A stretch of DNA of 64,000 nt from Bacteroidota bacterium (lineage in GTDB: Bacteria; Bacteroidota; Ignavibacteria; Ignavibacteriales; Ignavibacteriaceae), in the NCBI GenBank assembly GCA_023475265.1, contig JAMCWE010000185.1:37490-101489 (forward strand). Direction: 5' to 3'. Positions 58,099 to 64,000 of the stretch are shown here, one piece after another. Below the pieces are notes generated by a model. That model searched no databases and was not told the DNA's origin. It saw nothing but the letters and a program-made list of their open reading frames with translations. How positions within the stretch are numbered: the first letter of the stretch is position 1; every line of letters starts with the position of its first letter. The position numbers were made by a program, and so were the translations under genes.

Positions 58099-58356
58099 AA
58101 TATCTACTCCTAATTATTAATTTAAAAATAGTTTTAAATGAAGAACACAAGAAAAAGGAAATATTAAATATTCCTTTAAAGAATTTATTAAATGGCTATG
58201 TAGAGATTTGCGGTCAGCGAGGGATAGATTTTACAAATTGTATACCATTTTAAAAGCACGAATAATTATTAAATACAAAGTGTGATTAGCATAAATAAGA
58301 AAATCAATTATACTTTAATCGCAATTTTACATCTAACTTAGATCAGTATATTAAAA

Positions 58357-59328
58357 TTATAATTTGGAATGATTAAATAATTCTGGATTCTTAGATATGG
58401 TTCTATATAAAATATCCTTAGAGATATGAAGCGAAGTCATTACTTTTTTATAATCGCCTTTGTAAAAATCGATTGCATATTTTATAACACTCTCCCGGAA
58501 AACTTTTTCAATATTTTTCAAGCTTGTATCTTCGGACAATAAATAAGAATATTCTGCGTCGGCAAATAGATCAGCAGGTAAATGCCTTAGAGAAATAATG
58601 TTTTCGTTTTCTTCCATCATAACTATTGCAGATTCAATAATGTTTTTTAATTCTCTGATGTTGCCCGGCCAATTGTGACACAAAAATTTTTCCATCACTT
58701 CGACAGATACTTCCCACCCGTCATAACCCAAAACCTTTATGAAATGTTCAACGAAGCTTGGTATCTCATCAATTCGCTCACGGAGCGGAGGAATCTTAAT
58801 TGTTACGGCGTTTATTCTGTGGTAAAGATCAGCTCTAAATTCTTCCGAAATAATTTTTTGTTTTAGGTTTTTGTTTGTTGCACATATCAGACGGAAATTA
58901 CTCTTCTCCACTTTTACCGATCCGACAGGAAAATATTCTCCGCTTTCCAAAACTCTTAATAATTTTCTCTGCATTCCCAAACTCATTTCTCCAATCTCAT
59001 CGAGAAAGAGAGTTCCATTATCGGCAATTTTAATTAATCCTACTTTATTAAAGTCAGCGCCGGTAAATGCACCTTTAACATGACCAAAAAGTTCGCTTTC
59101 AATTAAAGTATCCTGGATTGCCGAACAAATGAGTGATACAAATTTTCCGGTTTTATTTCTAAGAGAGTTGTTATGAATATATTTTGCAACCATCTCTTTA
59201 CCTACACCGGTTTCGCCAATAATTAATACCGGGAAGTCGACTCTAGTAATTCTTGCAGCAATATTATAAACGTCCTGCATTTTCTTATTTTTAATTATAA
59301 GATAATTATCTGTCGATAAATTTTTCAT
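58357..59328 (-). CDS. Sigma-54-dependent transcriptional activator (bEBP) lacking an N-terminal sensory domain (PspF-like architecture)
   Basis: Walker A GETGVGKE about 40 aa from the N-terminus. ESELFGH. GAFTGA loop (KGAFTGA). Walker B LFLDEIGE. WPGNIRELKN. C-terminal Fis-type HTH region (YKKVMTSLHISKDILYRTI). Confidence 0.85.
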   Translation of the reverse strand: MKNLSTDNYLIIKNKKMQDVYNIAARITRVDFPVLIIGETGVGKEMVAKYIHNNSLRNKTGKFVSLICSAIQDTLIESELFGHVKGAFTGADFNKVGLIKIADNGTLFLDEIGEMSLGMQRKLLRVLESGEYFPVGSVKVEKSNFRLICATNKNLKQKIISEEFRADLYHRINAVTIKIPPLRERIDEIPSFVEHFIKVLGYDGWEVSVEVMEKFLCHNWPGNIRELKNIIESAIVMMEENENIISLRHLPADLFADAEYSYLLSEDTSLKNIEKVFRESVIKYAIDFYKGDYKKVMTSLHISKDILYRTISKNPELFNHSKL

Positions 59329-59479
59329 TTTAAATTAGCTGCACTGATGAATATTTATTTAAGAGAGGATTAGAATTTCAGTTAATATTTTAATAAATAT
59401 AAATAATCTTTAGTCTAATAAAAATGTACCAAAAAAGAGCCGTTTGTTTTTTAAAATAGATTGAAGGTAGATAAAAATA

Positions 59480-59508
59480 AAAAGGCTGGAACACGAATCC
59501 AGCCTTTT
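59480..59508 (-). terminator. Rho-independent terminator after the HEAT-repeat gene
   Basis: 11-bp stem AAAAGGCTGGA / TCCAGCCTTTT with a 7-nt loop. On the minus strand it is followed by TTATTTTTAT. Confidence 0.7.
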
Positions 59509-59531
59509 TGAGGAGCGATATATGAAGCTAT

Positions 59532-59942
59532 TTACAACGTAGAACCACTTTCTGCCGATAAAGCATAACTATTATAAAATCTTGCGCATAAATCTCTGAC
59601 TCTTTGGCTGTCATCAAACTTAGCCGCTTGTTTAACTGCATAAACAGCTTTCCCTGTTCCGATCTTTGTAAGTGATAAAGCAGCAATTATTCTTCCTTCA
59701 TCTTTTTTTTCGTTATGCAGCATTTTCATTAATGGAATAATTGCTTCTTCAACTTTGTACTCGCCTAAGAAATAGGCGCTGCTTATACGAACTCCGTCAT
59801 TACTGGAATTGATCCCCACCATGTAGTTATCTATTGCTTCTTTTGTTAAGATGCTGCCGTCATTTGGTTTTAAGGTTTGCCCAAGAACTGTTGCTGCACT
59901 TAACAATAAGGAGACTGCTAAAATTACTACTTGCTTTTTCAT
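59532..59942 (-). CDS. Small secreted HEAT-like repeat protein
   Basis: 136-aa ORF with a signal peptide. Two to three HEAT/PBS-lyase-like helices pairs (VRISSAYFLGEYKVEEAIIPLMKML; RIIAALSLTKIGTGKAVYAVK). Confidence 0.55.
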   Translation of the reverse strand: MKKQVVILAVSLLLSAATVLGQTLKPNDGSILTKEAIDNYMVGINSSNDGVRISSAYFLGEYKVEEAIIPLMKMLHNEKKDEGRIIAALSLTKIGTGKAVYAVKQAAKFDDSQRVRDLCARFYNSYALSAESGSTL

Positions 59943-60265
59943 GTCAGCACTCCTTCTATTTTTGTTATTAGTTAGTTATTAATCTCACCAGCAAAAGTAA
60001 TTTATATAGACAGATAATAAAGCGATTAGTGATAGGAGGTTTTCGAAAATGATTTGGTGCGTATAAATGAAGATGATTGGATTAGTAATTAATGATTTGG
60101 AATTTCGGATTATAAATAAAAGATATTTTTATTATCCTCATTACGAAATGAATGTACTGCGTATGAGTTTTATTTTGCGATCATAAGCTAATGCAGCCGT
60201 TCAGCCACGTTCAAGATATTTTACGGCTGCATTCATGTAAATAAATATTCTATTAAAAGAAAGAA

Positions 60266-60616
60266 TTAATTTCCTTGATATAATCCTATAATATTTCCAT
60301 CAGGATCTTTTATAAGTGCATAAGCTCCCATTGCCGGTATAATAGTTTTCTCTCTAAAAATTTTCCCGCCGTTTTCTTTTGCTTTATTTAAATATTCTTC
60401 AACAGCGTTTACTCTTACATGGAAAATTGTTGTTTCGCCTTTTGCAATTTTATCTACTTTCCTCAAGCCGATAGTAAATCCTTTGTGAGTATTATATAAA
60501 AGATATCCGTTGCCGAAAGGTTTAAATTCCCAACCAAACATCTTTGTATAAAACTCTTTACTTTTATCCAAATTTGTCGAAGGAATTTCTGCGTGAGCTA
60601 ATAAATCTGATGCCAT
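60266..60616 (-). CDS. VOC/glyoxalase-family small protein
   Basis: 116-aa ORF. AHAEIPSTNLDKSKEFYTKMFGWEF and DPDGNIIGLYQ motifs. Confidence 0.8.
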   Translation of the reverse strand: MASDLLAHAEIPSTNLDKSKEFYTKMFGWEFKPFGNGYLLYNTHKGFTIGLRKVDKIAKGETTIFHVRVNAVEEYLNKAKENGGKIFREKTIIPAMGAYALIKDPDGNIIGLYQGN

Positions 60617-60820
60617 TTTTATTTATCCTGAAAATATAATTTCAATAATTTAATAACAATATTTAATTATAAATATTTTTTCCTTTGATTAAAATAAAAA
60701 CTTCCTGCAATATGTAAAACTTAATTTCTAATTCACGTAAATTAAAAGAAGTTTGTTTGAAAGATATTACACGAAGTTCTAAACCAATTATAGATTTAGA
60801 ACTTCGTATTTAAAATTTAT

Positions 60821-62254
60821 CTAATGACTTGTTCCTGAAATTACTTTTGTTATAGAACCATTTGGGCCAGAAACCGATATCTTTATTGCAACTGGGCTTT
60901 CTACGTTAACAGTATCATTAGTATCAAATGCACTAAATTGAAAATGAGTAAAGCTTTTATCTTGCGTATCAGGTAAAGTAATTAAAGTATCACCTTGTAC
61001 TGCAACATTTGACCCTGATAAAACTTTAACCGAAATATTAGTCCCTTCTGCTAGAGGATTCAAATTTACATCACTTACTGAATAATTAAATAACTGAGAG
61101 CCTCCATTGGGAATGTTAATAGTTTCCGGATTTACAATAATTTGGGGCTGGAGGGAAAACAAAACTAAATTGCTTCTGCTAATGTACTGTTTGTTTTCAT
61201 CAGCTGTAGTTGCCGTTATAACTGCATAACCCTGGCCATAAATAGGATCATTTGGGAATGGATTACCAACAACAAAGTCGGCCTTAGCAGTTCCCATTGC
61301 ATCAGTTAAAATAGAACCTTGGACATATCCACCTGTGCTAGTTAAGTAAACAACCGTTTGGGGGCGAACCGGATTAGCATATTTATCTCCGACAAAAATG
61401 TTCACAAATTCTTTATATAAAGTATCTCTATAAGCGACATTAAAAAATTTTGGAAATACACTAAAGTGATTTAAGTCCGGAAGTCCACCGAAAATAGAAA
61501 GTGCAACTGGTTGTGAATAAATAGTTTTCGTTCCCATCGTAATTGATGCATACACCTGAACAACGCCTGCTTTAGTTCCACTTGTAATATTTACGGAAGC
61601 TTGTCCTTGATCATTCGTTTGGACTAGACCGGGAGTAAGAACTTCGCCGCCGCCAGGCTGCGCGCCAAATGAGAATGAAACATTCACAGAATGATTTAAA
61701 TCGATCGGCGTTCCGGATGAATCAACAGCAATAAAAGTTAAAGTTGCTGTTTCAACTGAACCGCTTCCCTGAACTCCAATACTATTTGTTGATTGCGAAA
61801 TCAAATAAATACTTACCGGATTGCCGGATGGTTTTTGAGTGCTGCCGGAAGAAACCAAACTAATTAGAGAAACAGAATAGTCTATACCATAAGTTACGGA
61901 TATAGGCGTTGTATCCTGCACGAAACCTGATTTAGAAACATAAATAGTTAGATTGGTATTAAGAGTCAGCTGAACAGTAACAGAATATTTCCCTTGAACA
62001 TCTGTTAATGCAGTTTGATAAATCTGCTGCCCGGAAGATTGTCCTACAACCAAAACCAGAGCGCTATCTACCGGAATCCCCGTTGTACTATTAATAACCT
62101 GACCGCTTATAATACTATTCTTTGCGGTCTGTCCCCCGGTTGTCGTACCCGGGCTTGTAATCTGCATATCTGATTTACAGCCGTTTACAATGAAAATAGA
62201 AAATATAACAAGCATCATTCCCACAAGTTGCTTAGCATTTACATTTACATACAT
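60821..62254 (-). CDS. Secreted or lipoprotein surface protein with CarboxypepD_reg-like and bacterial Ig-like (Big_1/invasin-like) domains
   Basis: Possible lipobox IVNGC. ISGQVINSTTGIPVDSALVLVVG CarboxypepD_reg pattern. Later Thr/Ser/Val-rich Ig-like repeats (ATLTFIAVDSSGTPI, GQASVNITSGTKAGVVQVYASI, GYAVITATTAD). Confidence 0.55.
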   Translation of the reverse strand: MYVNVNAKQLVGMMLVIFSIFIVNGCKSDMQITSPGTTTGGQTAKNSIISGQVINSTTGIPVDSALVLVVGQSSGQQIYQTALTDVQGKYSVTVQLTLNTNLTIYVSKSGFVQDTTPISVTYGIDYSVSLISLVSSGSTQKPSGNPVSIYLISQSTNSIGVQGSGSVETATLTFIAVDSSGTPIDLNHSVNVSFSFGAQPGGGEVLTPGLVQTNDQGQASVNITSGTKAGVVQVYASITMGTKTIYSQPVALSIFGGLPDLNHFSVFPKFFNVAYRDTLYKEFVNIFVGDKYANPVRPQTVVYLTSTGGYVQGSILTDAMGTAKADFVVGNPFPNDPIYGQGYAVITATTADENKQYISRSNLVLFSLQPQIIVNPETINIPNGGSQLFNYSVSDVNLNPLAEGTNISVKVLSGSNVAVQGDTLITLPDTQDKSFTHFQFSAFDTNDTVNVESPVAIKISVSGPNGSITKVISGTSH

Positions 62255-62355
62255 AGTTATAGCTCGTTAATTATTTTACAACAAACCTTAAAGAAAATTA
62301 GTTTGACTTACCAATAATGTCAAGCATTTTAAAATCAAGAAATCTTCTAAAGTGA

Positions 62356-63759
62356 TTAAATTCCTTTTGTATCACCTTTAACCATTTGCCAAACAGTAGT
62401 TAGTATGATTTGAACATCAAGCCAGCTTGACCAATTTTCGATATACCACAAATCGTATTCAATTCTTTTTATTGTACGTTTTTTATTTTCTTCATAATCT
62501 GGAACATCGCCGCGGTATCCGTGTATTTGCGCCCAGCCGGTTATTCCTGGTTTCACCCAGCTTCTAATTTTTATTTCGTCAACCATTTCTTTATAGATTT
62601 CATGAAATGCAATTGGATGAGGTCTTGGCCCAACAATTGACATATCGCCTTTTAAAACATTTATAAATTGAGGAAGCTCATCGACGTTTGATTTTCTTAA
62701 GAATTTTCCGACTCTGGTTATTCTTGAATCTTCTTCAGTTGTTGGCTGATATTTGTTTATACTTCTGTTTCCAACATGCATTGTCCGGAATTTATAACAT
62801 TTAAATATTTTATCTTTTGCGCCTACTCTATCCTGCACAAACATAACCGGCCCCGGCGAATAGATTTTATTCAATATAAAAAGCAACGGATAAAGCCAGG
62901 ATAAAATCAAAACAATTGCCAACAAAGAAAAAATGATATCAAAAGTACGCTTTACAAATCGCCAATGAAATTCAGATAATGGTTCGCCTCTTACTGTAAT
63001 GATGGGAAAATTTCCCATCATGTTTATCTGAAATTTTTTCGAAAGATATCTGAAATAATCCGGAATGATATGAACTCTTACGGCATTCCGATTACAAACT
63101 TTTATTATTTCATCAAGCTGATTTGCAGCATAAATCGGAAGCGCAATTACAACTTCCTCAACTTTCTTTTCGGGTAAAATTTTGTCAATCTCATTTAGTG
63201 TGCCGATAATATTCATGTCGTTTGGATTATCTTTTGCATCATCCAGGAATCCCACAAGATTAAAACCAAAATCATTGCTTTTGTTGATCATCTGGAAAAA
63301 GTTTCTACCAAGCTCCCCGGCGCCGATAATCAAAACATTTCTTATATTTTTTTCTTTGCCTCTGACGCGGGCAATTGTGTGCTTGATGATTTGAGTTCTA
63401 ATACTAACCAGAACCGTTAGAAGAAGAGCGTAAAGAATAATAAAGTTTCTTGTGAACAGATCTTCCTTTACAAGAAAGATAAACAGAACCGCTGTCAATA
63501 CTTGAACTATAATATTCTTAAAAATCTTAATAAATTGATAAGAAAAATTTCTTGTATTAAAATCTTCATAAAATTCGATAACATTAGAGACGAAATACCA
63601 AACGAAATTCAATCCGGTCATTAAAATGAACATGTAATTTCTTTGAAGAAGTATCTTGAACGATTGAGAAAGAATTGCGGCAACAAAAAAAGAAATATTT
63701 AAAATAAGTAGATCAAGAAATAATCTTAAATAATATGTAGATTTTTTACTTGTAATCAT
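62356..63759 (-). CDS. Polyprenyl-phosphate hexose-1-phosphate transferase (WcaJ/WbaP-like initiating sugar transferase)
   Basis: N-terminal TM bundle. Rossmann-like IIGAGELG linker domain. C-terminal Bac_transf motifs (RFVKRTFDI, PGPVMFVQDRVG, KFRTM, DELPQF.NVLKGDMSIVGPRP). Confidence 0.85.
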   Translation of the reverse strand: MITSKKSTYYLRLFLDLLILNISFFVAAILSQSFKILLQRNYMFILMTGLNFVWYFVSNVIEFYEDFNTRNFSYQFIKIFKNIIVQVLTAVLFIFLVKEDLFTRNFIILYALLLTVLVSIRTQIIKHTIARVRGKEKNIRNVLIIGAGELGRNFFQMINKSNDFGFNLVGFLDDAKDNPNDMNIIGTLNEIDKILPEKKVEEVVIALPIYAANQLDEIIKVCNRNAVRVHIIPDYFRYLSKKFQINMMGNFPIITVRGEPLSEFHWRFVKRTFDIIFSLLAIVLILSWLYPLLFILNKIYSPGPVMFVQDRVGAKDKIFKCYKFRTMHVGNRSINKYQPTTEEDSRITRVGKFLRKSNVDELPQFINVLKGDMSIVGPRPHPIAFHEIYKEMVDEIKIRSWVKPGITGWAQIHGYRGDVPDYEENKKRTIKRIEYDLWYIENWSSWLDVQIILTTVWQMVKGDTKGI

Positions 63760-63765
63760 TTCAAA

Positions 63766-64000
63766 TTATCTACTAAAGAATTCTTTACTCTTTGATTCGA
63801 CGAATTCTTTGATTCTTTCTTCAAAGATTTTCCTATCAAACTTCTTTGCATATTCACTCAAGGCAGATGGATCAAAATTGTTTTGTGCACTTTCAAATCT
63901 TTGTACTGCATCTATAATCGATTCAGGATTTTGATTATCAAAAAGAATCCCCGTCTTATTATCAATCATAGTTTCTGCTGTGCCGCCTTTATTCAATGCT
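63766..64000 (-). CDS. Glycosyltransferase (GT4/GT1-like), C-terminal part only; runs off the window
   Basis: NKGGTAETMIDNKTGILF fits the GT4 C-terminal GG..E.v....tG motif. The ORF is open to the window edge. Confidence 0.55.
   Translation of the reverse strand, partial: ALNKGGTAETMIDNKTGILFDNQNPESIIDAVQRFESAQNNFDPSALSEYAKKFDRKIFEERIKEFVESKSKEFFSR

Noticed and set aside
60190-60240. Hairpin AATGCAGCCGT...ACGGCTGCATT downstream of the VOC gene as a terminator
   Set aside because: The 11-bp stem is real, but the loop is large at 24 nt and no U-tract follows on the minus strand. It is not confident enough to list as a feature.
1-64000. Mobile elements, prophage, tRNA/rRNA/tmRNA/RNase P genes
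   Set aside because: No transposase, integrase, recombinase or phage structural motifs appear among the ORFs. No tRNA-like T-loop/acceptor context or rRNA-like conserved segments were noticed in intergenic regions. A tRNAscan/Infernal run would be needed for certainty.

Overview
A 64-kb, densely coding chromosomal window. G+C is low, about one third in hand-counted stretches. Shine-Dalgarno sites are strong (AGGAG/GGAGG before many starts). One protein carries a Por/T9SS C-terminal sorting tail. Several Bacteroidota/Ignavibacteriota-style modules are present: ECF sigma/anti-sigma/DUF4252, a CarboxypepD_reg-type TonB-dependent receptor, and REP-like hairpins. I infer an FCB-group bacterium, plausibly Ignavibacteriota. 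No rRNA, tRNA, CRISPR array, transposase, integrase or phage structural gene was recognised.

Content in order:
- (1) A T9SS-tailed cell-wall amidase.
- (2) A minus-strand set of uncharacterised lipoproteins behind a LuxR-type pseudo-receiver regulator. One of them is a truncated paralogous fragment.
- (3) A compositionally distinct, higher-G+C patch holding a 126-aa coiled-coil ORF. Upstream of that ORF lie about ten phase-exact 21-bp tandem repeats inside an 858-bp gap with no long ORF.
- (4) GNAT, then a four-helix-bundle (23S rRNA-IVS/Avd-like) gene bracketed by about 50-nt inverted repeats, then stand-alone TrpB2.
- (5) YceI and LhgO.
- (6) A large oxidative/non-oxidative pentose-phosphate cluster: fused tal-pgi, zwf, gnd and a second zwf. 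It is interrupted by a cupredoxin, a Rieske-FAD reductase fusion, a UPF0182 membrane protein and a HAD hydrolase.
- (7) Assorted stress, detoxification and transport genes: PEBP, MFS, beta-CASP MBL, FMN reductase, MarR-GNAT, VOC, AlkD-like, CHRD, SdpR/SdpI, BASS, CDF and GT39.
- (8) A lipoprotein gene interrupted by one in-frame TAG.
- (9) A secreted protein with 8-aa tandem repeats.
- (10) A TonB-dependent receptor.
- (11) A sigma-54 enhancer-binding protein with no sensor domain, next to a 330-aa protein of no recognisable family.
- (12) The edge of an exopolysaccharide locus.

All functional calls rest on motifs read by eye. No searches or alignments were run.

The candidates I rate most worth follow-up are:
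- the 21-bp repeat array and its island,
- the IVS-like inverted-repeat cassette,
- the sensor-less sigma-54 activator pair,
- the LuxR-associated lipoprotein operon.
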